From NCBI GenBank assembly GCA_963796725.1, contig CAWCMT010000001.1:161405-225404 (forward strand): a DNA stretch of 64,000 nt. Reading direction: 5' to 3'. How positions within the stretch are numbered: position 1 is the first letter of the stretch; each line of letters starts with the position of its first letter. This DNA comes from an uncultured Actinomycetes bacterium (GTDB taxonomy: Bacteria > Actinomycetota > UBA4738 > HRBIN12). The translations under genes and the position numbers were made by a program. Positions 32,263-42,800 of this stretch are shown here, piece by piece. Below the pieces are notes generated by a model. That model had not been told where the DNA came from and made no database searches. It worked only from the letters and a program-made list of their open reading frames with translations.

Positions 32263-33474
32263 TTGAAGAGGGCCGGAGCTACGGCGGTCGCCGTCCCCAG
32301 CCTCGGCGCCATCCTCGCGGCGTGCTCCAAGCCCGGAACTGTGGCGAGCGGCGCGAGCGCCACCGGAACCACGCTCGCGCGCCCCGACAATCCGGCCACC
32401 CTGCCGATGAACGGCGAACCGATCGCTGCGGGCACCCCGCTCGAGTCCGGCACCCTCCAGGTGTACAACTGGGACTCCTACCTCTACAAGAAGGTCCAGG
32501 CCGCGTTCGAGGACCAGTTCAACGTGAAGGTGGAGGTCACGACCTTCAACAACATGGAGGAGGGGATCCAGAAGCTCGTCGCCGGACAGGTCAAACCCGA
32601 CGTCTTCTTCCCCACGACCGACTACATCTCCCGACTGGTGCAGGAGGATCTGCTGCAGCCGCTCCAGCACGAGATGCTCCCCAACATGGAGGCCGTGGTC
32701 TGGAAGTCGTTCTGGGATCCAGGCCCCTGGTACGACCAGGGCTGGCGATACACCATCCCGTACACCATCTACACGACCGCTGTTGCCTACCGCCGCGACA
32801 GGGTCACGGACGCTGAAGCGGAAGCGCAGGGATACGACCTCCTGTGGAACCCGAAGTACAAGGGTGTCGTCAGCTACTACGACTCCTATCGGGACGCGCT
32901 GGGGATGGCGATGGTCCGTGACGGCAACTTCGACCCCAACTCGGGCGATCCAGCCGTGATCGACAAGGCGAAGACGGACATCCTCAGCTTGCTGAACGAT
33001 CTCGACGGCCGTCTCACCATCAACGGAGCATTCGCGAAGCTCCCGGAGGGTGAGTTCACCGTCGCACAGTCCTGGTCCGGGGACATCGTTGGCGGGCAGT
33101 TCTACCTGCCCAAGGGGACGTCGGTCGATGTGCTCGGCTACTGGTACCCCGACGATCACAAGGGGCTGATCGGGAACGACACGATCGTGATCCCCACGAC
33201 CGCGACGAAGCCCGCGCTCGCCCACGCGTTCCTGAACTTCCTCCTGGACAAGAAGTGGGGATTCGTGAACTTCTCGCAGTGGAACGGCTACCAGCCCCCG
33301 TTCACGACGATCCAGCCGGACGCGCTGATCAGCCAGGGGGTCGTTCCGAAGAACCTGTCCAAGGCGATCGTGACCGAGGACATGTTCACCCAGGGCCTGA
33401 TCCAAGGTCAGCTGGAGCCCGACGTCGACAAGCTGTGGTTGGATGCCTGGAGCGCCATCCAGGCGGGAGGCTAG
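32263..33474 (+). CDS. Polyamine (spermidine/putrescine-type) ABC transporter substrate-binding lipoprotein (PotD/PotF-like).
   Basis: It has a TTG start and a lipoprotein signal (MKRAGATAVAVPSLGAILAACS) followed by a PotD-like domain. Confidence 0.65.
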   Translation: MKRAGATAVAVPSLGAILAACSKPGTVASGASATGTTLARPDNPATLPMNGEPIAAGTPLESGTLQVYNWDSYLYKKVQAAFEDQFNVKVEVTTFNNMEEGIQKLVAGQVKPDVFFPTTDYISRLVQEDLLQPLQHEMLPNMEAVVWKSFWDPGPWYDQGWRYTIPYTIYTTAVAYRRDRVTDAEAEAQGYDLLWNPKYKGVVSYYDSYRDALGMAMVRDGNFDPNSGDPAVIDKAKTDILSLLNDLDGRLTINGAFAKLPEGEFTVAQSWSGDIVGGQFYLPKGTSVDVLGYWYPDDHKGLIGNDTIVIPTTATKPALAHAFLNFLLDKKWGFVNFSQWNGYQPPFTTIQPDALISQGVVPKNLSKAIVTEDMFTQGLIQGQLEPDVDKLWLDAWSAIQAGG

Positions 33475-33480
33475 CCGTCG

Positions 33481-34444
33481 TTGCCTGACGCAGAGGCCGT
33501 CCTGGCGCCGAAGCGCCGTCGGCGCCGGGAGAAGGCCGCCGCGGTGGAATCGGGGGTGCAGTACCCGCGCTGGTACTGGCCGTCGTTCACGTTCCCCGCC
33601 ATCGTCTGGCTGCTCGTCCTGTTCCTGCTGCCCTTCTACACCGTCCTCGCCGTCGCCTTCGGCACGGTCGACCCGACGTTCAGAACGCCGCTGCCCGTGT
33701 TCCAGCCCTGGTGGTGGAGCTTCCAGGCCTTGGGCACCACCCTGCAGAAGTTCTACGTCAGCCCGGCGATCTACCAGCAGCCGCTGATCCGCACCTTCTA
33801 CTACGTCTTCACCGCGAGCCTGATCTGCCTGGTGGTCGGGTACGCGGTGGCGTATTTCACCGCTCGGTATGCGGGCAAGTACCGGGTACTCGATCCTGAT
33901 CCTGCTCGTCTCGCCCTTCTGGATCAGCTACCTGATGAGGATCTACGCCTGGCAGAGCCTGCTGCAGCAGGACGGCTACATCAACGACATCTTGCGGGCC
34001 CTCCACCTGATCGGCCAGCCGGTGAACTGGCTGGACGGCAGATCGATCACGGTGATCCTGGGGCTCGTGTACGGCTACATCCCGTACATGATCCTGCCGC
34101 TGTTCGGATCGCTCGACCGGATCGATCAGAGCCTCCTGGAGGCGGGACGTGATCTGGGCGCGAGCGGTTTCAGCACCTTCCGCCGGGTCACGCTGCCGCA
34201 ATCGAAGCCCGCCATCCTGGCGGGCCTGGTGATCGTCGCGCTGCCGATGTTCGGCGACTACTACACGGTCAACCTCCTCGGCTCCACGAGGACGGCCATG
34301 TTCGGGAACCTCATCGACAACGCGGTCACCAACGCGGGACAGGGGCCCGAGGCTGGATCCCTGGTCCTCATCCTGATGGTGATCGTGATCGTGCCGATGC
34401 TGTACTACCTGCGTGAAACGAAGCGCGCGGCGGAGGCGGCGTGA
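33481..34444 (+). pseudogene. Polyamine ABC transporter permease (PotB-like), with one frameshift near 33880.
   Basis: The 33481 ORF carries the N-terminal TM part and the 33869 ORF carries the rest, including the EAA loop (LLEAGRDLGASGFSTFRRVTLPQSKPAI). Confidence 0.65.
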
Positions 34445-35331
34445 GCACGAGACCGATGGTCCGCGGTCCGCTCGGTTGGTGGCGCGACCCGTGGCGCAAG
34501 CCACGATTCCTCGAGGCGGTCACCGTCGGGTACCTCTTGTGGTCATTGCTCCCCGTCTTGATCGCCATCATCTTCTCCTTCAACTCCGGCCGCTCCAGGA
34601 GCACCTGGCAGGGCTTCTCGATGCGCTGGTGGACGGGGGATCCGTTCGACTCGCTCTTCCACGACCCCGCCCTTCGGGCCGCAATGGTGCAGACCTTCCG
34701 TCTCTCCGGTTTCACCGTCCTGGTCGCCGTCCCGCTGGGCGCCGCGTTCGCGATCGGGATCGACCGCTGGCACGGCCGGCCCGCGCGCACCGCCAACTTC
34801 ACGATGTTGCTTTCGTTCGTGGTGCCCGAGATCATGCTCGGTGTCTCGCTCTTCCTCTTGTTCACCTACGTGATCAAGAACCTCATCCCTCTGGGCACTT
34901 CGGCGCAGCTGATGGGGCTGATCGTGTTCCAGATGTCGTACAGCGTCATCATCGTGCGCGCGCGGTTGCTCTCGATCGGCCCGGAATACGAAGAGGCGGC
35001 GATGGATCTCGGCGCCCGGCCGGGGCAGGGTCTCCGACGCGTCCTGTTGCCGCTGCTGACGCCCGCGATCCTCGCGAGCGTCGCGATCACGTTCGCCGAC
35101 TCCGTCGACGACTTCGTGACGGTGCGCTACCTGTCCGGACCGGCCAGTAGCGAGCCACTGTCGGTGAAGATCTACACGGCGGCGCGGGGATCGCCCACCC
35201 CTGCGGTGAACGCCGCGGCAACCGTCATGCTGATCTCGACCATGGTGGTCATCGGGATCGGCTACGTCGCCTACCGGCGCTTCGCGAAGGACACGGGCGG
35301 CGCCGACGTCGCGAGCTTCACCCAGATCTAG
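34441..35331 (+). CDS. Polyamine ABC transporter permease (PotC-like).
   Basis: It has 6 TM helices and an EAA motif (EEAAMDLGARPGQGLRRVLLP). Confidence 0.7.
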   Translation: MSTRPMVRGPLGWWRDPWRKPRFLEAVTVGYLLWSLLPVLIAIIFSFNSGRSRSTWQGFSMRWWTGDPFDSLFHDPALRAAMVQTFRLSGFTVLVAVPLGAAFAIGIDRWHGRPARTANFTMLLSFVVPEIMLGVSLFLLFTYVIKNLIPLGTSAQLMGLIVFQMSYSVIIVRARLLSIGPEYEEAAMDLGARPGQGLRRVLLPLLTPAILASVAITFADSVDDFVTVRYLSGPASSEPLSVKIYTAARGSPTPAVNAAATVMLISTMVVIGIGYVAYRRFAKDTGGADVASFTQI

Positions 35332-35373
35332 CCGCCGACGCCGCGTGTTGGAGGTGGAGGCGGAGGTTGAGCC

Positions 35374-36492
35374 TCAGGCCTCTTCTTCGATCTCGGAGTT
35401 CACCAGCACAGGCGTGCCGACGTCGGGGAGCACCCGCAGCGCCTCAGGCGGGAACCGCACGGATACGGGCGTGCCGGAGGCGAAGGTCAGCTCGTCGCCT
35501 TCGTTCTGAACCCACGCCTGGATCCGTTGCCCAGGTGCGAGGTTCAAGAAGATCTGGAGCACCGAGCCAACGTAGACCACCCGCTCGACCATGCCGGGGA
35601 TCACGTTCTGGCCCGAGGCGCCTTGCGGCTTGAGGTCCACACGTTCGGGCCGGATCGTGATCTTGGCGTCGCCGGTGGTCGAGTCATCCCCCTGGCCCGC
35701 GACCAACGCGAAATCGCCCAGCTGGACCTTGCACCCACCCTCGCCCGGGCCGGAAGCCCGAGCCTCCATAAGGTTCGACACACCGAGGAAGTCGGCGACG
35801 TAGGCGGTCGCAGGCTCCTCGTAGATCTCCTTCGGTCCCCCGACCTGCTCCACGCGACCCTGCGACATGACCGCGATCCGGTCGGACATGGTGAGGGCCT
35901 CTTCCTGGTCGTGCGTCACGTAGACGAACGTGATCCCCACCTGCTCCTGCAGGGTCTTGAGGTCTATCTGCAGACGCTTGCGTAGCTTCGCATCCAGTGC
36001 GCCCAGCGGCTCGTCGAGGAGGAGGACGGCCGGCTCGAGGACGAGGGCCCGCGCGAGCGCCACGCGCTGTTGCTGGCCGCCAGAGAGTTGGTTCGGACGA
36101 CGATTCCCGAAGTCGGTGAGACCCACCATCTCCAGCTTCTCTCCGACGCGACGTCTGGCCTCGACCTTCGAGATGTCCTTGTATCTCAGGCCGAACGCGA
36201 CGTTGTCCTCGACCGTCAGATGCGGGAACAGCGCGTAGCTCTGGAAGACGGTGTTGACGTTGCGCTTGTGCGGCGGCGTCTGCGCCATGTCCGTGCCGTC
36301 CAGCAGGATCTGCCCCTCGGACGGCTTCTCGAATCCCGCGATCATCCGCAACGTGGTGGTCTTGCCACAGCCGGACGGACCGAGGAGCGAGAAGAACTCC
36401 CCCGACGGCATGTCCAGGTTGATCCCGGCGACCGCGGTGAACTCGCCGAAGCGCTTCACCAGGTCGACCAGCTGTACCTCGCCCCCTGCCAT
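35374..36492 (-). CDS. Polyamine ABC transporter ATPase (PotA-like), encoded on the opposite strand, convergent with potBC.
   Basis: Walker A (GPSGCGKTT), an ABC signature (LSGGQQQRVALARAL) and a C-terminal TOBE domain. Confidence 0.75.
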   Translation of the reverse strand: MAGGEVQLVDLVKRFGEFTAVAGINLDMPSGEFFSLLGPSGCGKTTTLRMIAGFEKPSEGQILLDGTDMAQTPPHKRNVNTVFQSYALFPHLTVEDNVAFGLRYKDISKVEARRRVGEKLEMVGLTDFGNRRPNQLSGGQQQRVALARALVLEPAVLLLDEPLGALDAKLRKRLQIDLKTLQEQVGITFVYVTHDQEEALTMSDRIAVMSQGRVEQVGGPKEIYEEPATAYVADFLGVSNLMEARASGPGEGGCKVQLGDFALVAGQGDDSTTGDAKITIRPERVDLKPQGASGQNVIPGMVERVVYVGSVLQIFLNLAPGQRIQAWVQNEGDELTFASGTPVSVRFPPEALRVLPDVGTPVLVNSEIEEEA

Positions 36493-36560
36493 CGTGGGCG
36501 GAGTCTAGCCCATGGTGCCCGCTCGGGGTCAAACGAGCGAGGGGCCATCAGCGGCGTGCC

Positions 36561-37787
36561 ATGATGCCCTCGATGGACGAGCTAGGCCCCCCCTTGCGGC
36601 CCCAGGATCTCCGGTCGGGGCCAGGGGCTCGGGGCTACGACGCAGCGGACCGCTCGGGGGTCTGGGCCCTCCTCGCGGGCTACTGGGCGTTCGGCCAGTA
36701 CTGGGGGGTCTGGGTCATCCTGGTGTTCGAAGTCCAGGCGCTCCACGGACTGACCGACAGTCGGCTCGGCGTGTCGTACGCGCTCCTGTCGATCACCGCG
36801 GTGACCGTGATGCTCCTGGTCGCCCCAAGGATGCGCGGCCTTCCCCTACGCACCAGCATCACCCTCGCGCTGACCACGCTGAGCGCCGCCTCGCTCGCGG
36901 TCGCGTTCCTCCCCAGCGGCCTCCTGTGGATCGGCTTCGTGCTCGTGGGGATCGGCAACGGTCTCGTAGACGTCTACTTCAACGTGGCCGCCCAGCGCGC
37001 CGAGGTACGTACGGGGCGACCGGTCCTGCAATGGATGCATGCCGCCTACGCCCTCGGGGGGGTCACCGGCGCCGCGGCCGCGGGTCTCATCCGTGCGGCG
37101 GGCATCGACTTCCGTTGGGGCTTCGTGTACGAGACCCTGGTGCTGCTCGTCGTCACGGCGTGGAACACGCGGAGCGCGCCGCGAGAGCGGAGCCCCGCGG
37201 GGGCCGACACGGTCTTCTCGGTCTCCGAGCTACTCCGCCACCCGGGGCTGTGGATCGCGGCGCTCGCGGTGCTCTTCGCCTTCCTGGTGGAGGGCTCCAT
37301 GGACGCGTGGTCCGGGCTGTATCTACGGGAGCAGTTGGGCGCCTCGGCCGCGGTGGCCGCGATCGCCTTCGTGGGGTTCTCCGGCGCCGTCTTCCTCGGA
37401 CGCCTGTTCGCCGGGCGCGTGCTCTTCGGCTTGGGGGTACGGACCACCATCCTCGTCTCGGGGTTCGGGGCGGCCGTAGCGGCAGCGCTGGTCATCGCGA
37501 CCGATCGACCGTGGGTCGTGGGCGGCGCCTACCTCTTGCTGGGGTTCACCATCAGCTCCGCGGCCCCTGCTGGGTTCGGACTGATCGACCGAACCGACGC
37601 CGACCCGACGAACGCCGTGGCGGCGGTGACCACGGTCGGCTACACGGGCTTCGTCTGGAGTCCCCCGCTGCTCGGATACCTTGCGCAGACCATCTCCCTG
37701 CGAGCGGCGATGGCGGTCATCCTGGTCGCGACCGTGGGTATCGTCGGAGCCGGACTGGCCACGCCGCGCGACCCGGGCGGCGGCTGA
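36561..37787 (+). CDS. MFS transporter.
   Basis: The 408 aa product has about 12 TM helices. Confidence 0.55.
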   Translation: MMPSMDELGPPLRPQDLRSGPGARGYDAADRSGVWALLAGYWAFGQYWGVWVILVFEVQALHGLTDSRLGVSYALLSITAVTVMLLVAPRMRGLPLRTSITLALTTLSAASLAVAFLPSGLLWIGFVLVGIGNGLVDVYFNVAAQRAEVRTGRPVLQWMHAAYALGGVTGAAAAGLIRAAGIDFRWGFVYETLVLLVVTAWNTRSAPRERSPAGADTVFSVSELLRHPGLWIAALAVLFAFLVEGSMDAWSGLYLREQLGASAAVAAIAFVGFSGAVFLGRLFAGRVLFGLGVRTTILVSGFGAAVAAALVIATDRPWVVGGAYLLLGFTISSAAPAGFGLIDRTDADPTNAVAAVTTVGYTGFVWSPPLLGYLAQTISLRAAMAVILVATVGIVGAGLATPRDPGGG

Positions 37788-37801
37788 GGCGGTACCAGCC
37801 C

Positions 37802-38620
37802 TCAGCTCCCGGGCTCGAGCTCAGGCGGTGCCAAGCCCAGCCCCCAAGCGTCGGCACCCCCGTCGACGAGGATGGTCGTGCCCGTGATGTAACCGCCGCC
37901 CGGCGACGTGAGGAACGCGATCGTGGCGGCCACCTCCTCGGCCGACCCTGCTCGCTGCGCCGGAACCATGGCCGCGAACTCCTCGAGGATGGCCTCGCCG
38001 CCGTACTCCATGATCCCCTCGGTTCGGATCACCCCGGGCGCCACGCACACCGCACGGATCCCGAACTTCGACCACTCGTTGGACAGGGACGCCGCCATAT
38101 TCTCGAGGGCGGCCCTGGCGGTGGATGAGTGCGTCATCGTGGGGATGCCCCGACGCGGGCTGAACCCCACGAAGATCACCACGCCGCCACGGTTCGGGAT
38201 CATCCACCGGTTGGCGACCTCGTGCGTGAGCTGCCAGGGGGCATCCACGTTGAGCCGGTAGACCGCCCGGAATCCCTTCAGCGAGATGTTCTCCGCCGGA
38301 GCCGCGAACTGCCCCCCGGCATTGTTCACGAGGATGTCGGCCCGACCGAACCGGTCCTCCACTGCGTCCAGGAAAGCCACCACCTGCTCCGGCTCTCGGA
38401 CATCGCACGGCATGGCGAGCACGTCGCGCCCCTCGGCCTCGAGCTCTTCACGGACGGCGTCGATCGGCTCCGGACGCCGGCCGCAGATCGCCACGGCAGC
38501 GCCGGTGCGTGCCAGTTCGCGTGCCGTCGCGCGGCCGATCCCGGTACCGCCGCCCGTGACGATGGCCACGGAGCCGACGTTCGCCTCGTCGGTGAGCGGA
38601 GATCGGAACGCGTCTGTCAT
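37802..38620 (-). CDS. SDR-family oxidoreductase.
   Basis: TGGGTGIGRATA cofactor motif and a YxxxK-type catalytic region. Confidence 0.65.
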   Translation of the reverse strand: MTDAFRSPLTDEANVGSVAIVTGGGTGIGRATARELARTGAAVAICGRRPEPIDAVREELEAEGRDVLAMPCDVREPEQVVAFLDAVEDRFGRADILVNNAGGQFAAPAENISLKGFRAVYRLNVDAPWQLTHEVANRWMIPNRGGVVIFVGFSPRRGIPTMTHSSTARAALENMAASLSNEWSKFGIRAVCVAPGVIRTEGIMEYGGEAILEEFAAMVPAQRAGSAEEVAATIAFLTSPGGGYITGTTILVDGGADAWGLGLAPPELEPGS

Positions 38621-38630
38621 CCTGAGGAGT

Positions 38631-39500
38631 ATGCAGCAGCGATCCATGCACGTGTCCGGCGAGGGCGGGGTCCGCCTCTCCGTTCGCCTCTTCGAGGGGC
38701 CCGGGGCAGACGCCCCGAGCCTGCTGCTCCATCACGGGCTGGCCTCCAGCCAGCACATCTGGGACCTGATGCTGCCGGCGCTCACGCGCCGTTACCGCGT
38801 CGCGACCTATGACGCCCGTGGCCATGGCGCGAGCCAGAAGCCGAGCTCGGGGTACGGCTTCGACCACGTGGTGGCCGACGCGCTCGCGGTGACACGCGCA
38901 TCCGGCCTGAGGCGACCAGTGATCGTGGGGCATTCGTGGGGCGCGATGACGGCGCTGGAGCTCGTGGCAGCGCACCCTCGCGCGGTGTCGGGCGCCGTCC
39001 TCGTCGACGGCGGGATCACCCGGATGGCGGACGGCATGGACTGGGCAACCGCGAAGCAACGGTTGGCGCCGCCGCACCTGGCCGGGCTCCCCGCTGAGGA
39101 GTTCCGCGGGATGATCCGCACGTTCTTCGCCGACGCCGTTCACGTGACCCCGGATGTGGAGGACATCGTGATGTCGGTGATGCGGGTTCGCCCGGACGGC
39201 ACGATCGCCCCGTACCTGTCCAGGGCCAACCACTTCCGGATATTGCGGGCGATCTACCAGCAGGATCCGCTGCGGAGCTTCGCACGGCTCCGCGTCCCCA
39301 TGCTCGCGATCCTCGCGCATCGGGGAGGCGACCCAGGTTGGGATGAAGCGAAGCGCACCGCGGTCGAGCGGGTGCGGAGGGTCGCCCAGGGTCGCCCGCT
39401 CACGGTCCGCTGGATGGAGGGCATCCACGACCTCCCGCTCCAGCACCCCTCGGCGCTCGCGGCTCGGATCGACCGTTGGGTCGCACCGGTCGTAGGCTAG
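38631..39500 (+). CDS. Alpha/beta hydrolase.
   Basis: It starts at an ATG preceded by a GAGGAG ribosome-binding site and has a nucleophile elbow (GHSWG). Confidence 0.6.
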   Translation: MQQRSMHVSGEGGVRLSVRLFEGPGADAPSLLLHHGLASSQHIWDLMLPALTRRYRVATYDARGHGASQKPSSGYGFDHVVADALAVTRASGLRRPVIVGHSWGAMTALELVAAHPRAVSGAVLVDGGITRMADGMDWATAKQRLAPPHLAGLPAEEFRGMIRTFFADAVHVTPDVEDIVMSVMRVRPDGTIAPYLSRANHFRILRAIYQQDPLRSFARLRVPMLAILAHRGGDPGWDEAKRTAVERVRRVAQGRPLTVRWMEGIHDLPLQHPSALAARIDRWVAPVVG

Positions 39501-39504
39501 AGCC

Positions 39505-39771
39505 ATGCTGGTCTTCATCCTGATCCTGCTACTGCTCGCGGCCCTCTTCGGGGTCCTGGGCGCGGTGCTCAAGGTCACGCTGGTCCTGATCATGGCCGGC
39601 GTCCTGACCCTGGTGTTCTTCGGCTTGATGGCCTGGTGGTTCATCCGACGCTCGGCGCGGAAGATCACCGCCGAGTACGACCGCCAGGTGAGCCAGCAGC
39701 GGGTGACCAAGTACCGCGCCAATGAGGCCGAGCCCGGCGAGCTCCCTCCGGACCGCGACGACCGCTACTGA
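39505..39771 (+). CDS. Small membrane protein (2 TM helices) of unknown function.
   Basis: An 88 aa hydrophobic ORF with tight spacing after the hydrolase gene. Confidence 0.4.
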   Translation: MLVFILILLLLAALFGVLGAVLKVTLVLIMAGVLTLVFFGLMAWWFIRRSARKITAEYDRQVSQQRVTKYRANEAEPGELPPDRDDRY

Positions 39772-41201
39772 GGCGCCGGCCGGGAGAACACGTCCCGGTA
39801 GGTGCTGGGCGCCTCGTTCCCGAGCCAGGTGAGCAGCTGCCCACGAGGCCTGCCCCGATCTTCGAGCCGATCCCCCGTCTGCAATGCCCACGACGCCGCG
39901 CGCAGCGACGCCCAGCGCAGCGGCTCGGGAGGCATCTTCGCGCGCTCGGCACCCACCACCGGCAACGTCGACCACGCGTCGCGCGCTCCCTGCACCAGCG
40001 AGCTCAGGATCTTGCCTCCCACGTGCGTCTGCGCGAGCCCGTGACCCGAGAAGCCCAGCCCGGCGTGAACGTTCCCCGGCTCCAGCGTCTTGAAGAACGG
40101 GGTCGAGGTCGGCGTCTGATCGATCGGCCCTCCCCAGGCATGCGTGAACCTCACCCCTTCGAGCTGCGGGAAGAGCCATATGAGCCCGCGCGCCGCCGCC
40201 TCGGCGACCCGCCGATCGTGGGTGACGGCCCGCCCCGAGGCGCGCCCGCGGAAGGCCACGCCCAGCGCCCCGCCGCCGATGGCGATCCTTCGATCGTCGG
40301 TCGGCCGCAGGTAGTAGAGGAGGTCCCGGGCGTCGCCGATCCCGACGTTCGTCGTCCAGCCGATCCCTTCCAGACGCTCGGGGATCGGCTCCGTCACCAC
40401 GACGTAGTCGACGATGACGCCGAAGCTGCGACGGAAGGAGGGCCAGCCTGCCCCCCACGACCCCATCGTGAGCACGACCTGATCGGCCCTCACGGCGCCA
40501 TGGCGCGTGCGCACGATGGCCGGGCGAGAACGCTCGAGTCCCGTCACCTCCGTGCGCTCGAAGATCCTGACGCCTCGCTCGAGCGCCACGCGCCGGAGGC
40601 CGCGGGCGAGCCGCGCCGGCTGCACGACCGCGGAATCGGGCACGTAGATACCGTCGAGGAACCGCGGGGAGTCCGCGACCGCCCGGCACTCGAGCGCCGT
40701 CCGAGGGAGGATGCGTCCGCCCTCACCGTGGGCCTCGAGCCAGTCGCCACCCCCGCCCAGCCGCCGCTGCGAGGCGTTGGTGCGGGCACCGAGGAAGCCC
40801 TCCCGATGGAATCCACAGTCGATCTCCTGTTCGGCGCAGAATCGCTCGGCCTCGGCGACGGCATCCGAGCAGGCGGTGGCGTAGCGCAGCGCCTCCTCTT
40901 CGCCGTAGGTATCGGCGAGCGACGCGGCCATCCACCACGACGACGAGAAGAAGCCGCCGTTGCGTCCACTCGCGCCGCCCCCGCAGATGTCTTGCTCGAC
41001 CAAGGCGATGCGCATCGACGGCTCCCGTGCGGCGAGCTCAGCGGCTGTCCACAAGCCCGCGAACCCTCCGCCGACGATGCAGACGTCCGCCACCACGTGG
41101 CGGTCGAGAGGCGGACACGGTGCTCCCGCATCGGCAGCGAGCGCCTCCTGCAGCCAGAAGCTCCGAGCGGCTCCCGGCGCCGGGAGGTCGATCCCTCTCA
41201 C
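39765..41201 (-). CDS. FAD-dependent oxidoreductase (PuuB/DadA-like, gamma-glutamylputrescine oxidase family).
   Basis: GTG start at 41201 overlapping the upstream stop (GTGA). It carries VCIVGGGFAGLWTAAELA...GASGRNGG. Confidence 0.65.
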   Translation of the reverse strand: MRGIDLPAPGAARSFWLQEALAADAGAPCPPLDRHVVADVCIVGGGFAGLWTAAELAAREPSMRIALVEQDICGGGASGRNGGFFSSSWWMAASLADTYGEEEALRYATACSDAVAEAERFCAEQEIDCGFHREGFLGARTNASQRRLGGGGDWLEAHGEGGRILPRTALECRAVADSPRFLDGIYVPDSAVVQPARLARGLRRVALERGVRIFERTEVTGLERSRPAIVRTRHGAVRADQVVLTMGSWGAGWPSFRRSFGVIVDYVVVTEPIPERLEGIGWTTNVGIGDARDLLYYLRPTDDRRIAIGGGALGVAFRGRASGRAVTHDRRVAEAAARGLIWLFPQLEGVRFTHAWGGPIDQTPTSTPFFKTLEPGNVHAGLGFSGHGLAQTHVGGKILSSLVQGARDAWSTLPVVGAERAKMPPEPLRWASLRAASWALQTGDRLEDRGRPRGQLLTWLGNEAPSTYRDVFSRPAPQ

Positions 41202-41611
41202 GCGCGGCGCCGCTGCGGGTAGCCGCGCCCGGTAACCAGAGCCCCGAGACCACGCCCGATCAGGAGGAACAACAGGGTGAACGCCAGCCCGACCCCAAGG
41301 AACGTGAGGAAGGTGCCCGCGGAATCCGGGGAGCCGACCCAAGCCGACCGGACGACCAACGCCACGGGCACGGCGACGATCCACGTCCTCAGCATCGTTC
41401 CCAGCGAGATCGTGCGGTACGTCTTCAACAGCGCCGCGAACACGCCCCACGACACGGCGAGCGGAACGGCGTTCCTCGCGAAGACGGCGCCCGCCGCCCC
41501 TTCGCCGTGCGACCGCATCCCTGCCACCACGAACAACAGGAGGGCGGCCAGGTCCAGCGCTGCGAACACCGGCCATCGCCGGGCGAGCGCGCGATCAGGA
41601 GCGTCGGACAT
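41198..41611 (-). CDS. DUF3054-like membrane protein.
   Basis: It probably starts at MSDAPDR and has 4 TM helices. It is translationally coupled to the oxidoreductase gene. Confidence 0.45.
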   Translation of the reverse strand: MSDAPDRALARRWPVFAALDLAALLLFVVAGMRSHGEGAAGAVFARNAVPLAVSWGVFAALLKTYRTISLGTMLRTWIVAVPVALVVRSAWVGSPDSAGTFLTFLGVGLAFTLLFLLIGRGLGALVTGRGYPQRRRA

Positions 41612-41682
41612 GACCCTCATCTTCCCAGGCATGCCGGAAGCGTCCCGCCCTCGGCGCGAAGCGTGCGAGGATGGAGCCTCCC

Positions 41683-42756
41683 ATGACCGGCCGTTCCTTC
41701 CCCGCCGTCTTCCGGGCCGTGGCGCTCGCGAGCACGTTCGGCCTCGCAGGTGCAGCGTGCGGCGGATCCACGCCCGCCCCTCCGCCCCCGGTGCGCGTCA
41801 GCGTGGACGGGGTAGGCCGTTCCTTCCCGGAAGGGACCACGTTCGGCGCTGCGATCCACGATCTCGGGCTCCAGGCAGCCGATGGACGCCTCCTGTCCGC
41901 CGATGGATCCGTCCTCGATCGACGCGCGGTGCGGGGCCGGATCCTCCTGAACGGTCGGCGCGCCGCGTACGGGACCAGCCTCGCGTCCGGCGACCTGATC
42001 GTCGTACGTGACGGTAGGGACCACACCGAGCCCACGCGCAGGTCGGCGGAGATCCTCCCCACCCGCCGCCCCGGTGACCCCGAACGCACGCTCGCCACGT
42101 ACCGCACCAAACAGGTGACGGTCTTCGGCACGGTATCGGGCGATCTCGTGGATCAGCGTTTCGTCTCCCTGGGGCACGGCCACACCCCGCACGACGTGGC
42201 CCTCACGTTCGACGACGGACCGTGGCCGCACGCCACCGTGAAGATCGTGTCCGTCCTCCAGCGGTACCACGTCCCCGCCACGTTCTTCGAGGTCGGTTAC
42301 CTCGTCCAGCGTTACCCGGGGATCGTGCGCAGGGTCGCGCGTGCCGGGTTCCCGATCGGGAACCACTCCTATGACCATCCCGTGGCTCCCGCGCTGGCGG
42401 CGCTGCCCGAGCCCAAGATCGCGCATGAGATCTCCGGCGCGTCCGATGCGCTGAGCGCCGTCGGCGTGCACCCCAGCCTGTTCCGTCCGCCGGGCGGCAG
42501 CTACGACGACTTCGTGGTGCAGGAGGCGCGACGTCAGGGCCTACGCGTGGTGCTGTGGAGCGTCGATCCGAAGGACTGGAGGTCGGGGGTCACCGCGAAG
42601 CAGATCACCCGGTCGATCCTGAAGCACGTGGAAGCCGGTTCGATCGTGCTGCTGCACGATGGTGGTGGTGACGCCGCCCACACCATCAAGGCGCTCCCCG
42701 GGATCATCCGGGGGATCAGGCGAAAGGGCCTTGGGTTCACGGTCGTGCCGCCATAG
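41683..42756 (+). CDS. Polysaccharide deacetylase (NodB-homology) lipoprotein.
   Basis: Signal with lipobox (LAGAAC) and NodB motifs (TFDDGP, HSYDH). Confidence 0.65.
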   Translation: MTGRSFPAVFRAVALASTFGLAGAACGGSTPAPPPPVRVSVDGVGRSFPEGTTFGAAIHDLGLQAADGRLLSADGSVLDRRAVRGRILLNGRRAAYGTSLASGDLIVVRDGRDHTEPTRRSAEILPTRRPGDPERTLATYRTKQVTVFGTVSGDLVDQRFVSLGHGHTPHDVALTFDDGPWPHATVKIVSVLQRYHVPATFFEVGYLVQRYPGIVRRVARAGFPIGNHSYDHPVAPALAALPEPKIAHEISGASDALSAVGVHPSLFRPPGGSYDDFVVQEARRQGLRVVLWSVDPKDWRSGVTAKQITRSILKHVEAGSIVLLHDGGGDAAHTIKALPGIIRGIRRKGLGFTVVPP

Positions 42757-42800
42757 GCTCGGCGGCCCCAATGGGGCGGCGCGGCACGTACCATCGGGTG

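Noticed and set aside
32223-32265. Possible upstream ATG start with a Tat-like SRTRLLK motif for the PotD-like binding protein.
   Set aside because: It would require yet another frameshift. The in-frame TTG start at 32263 already gives a canonical Sec lipoprotein signal with lipobox LAAC.
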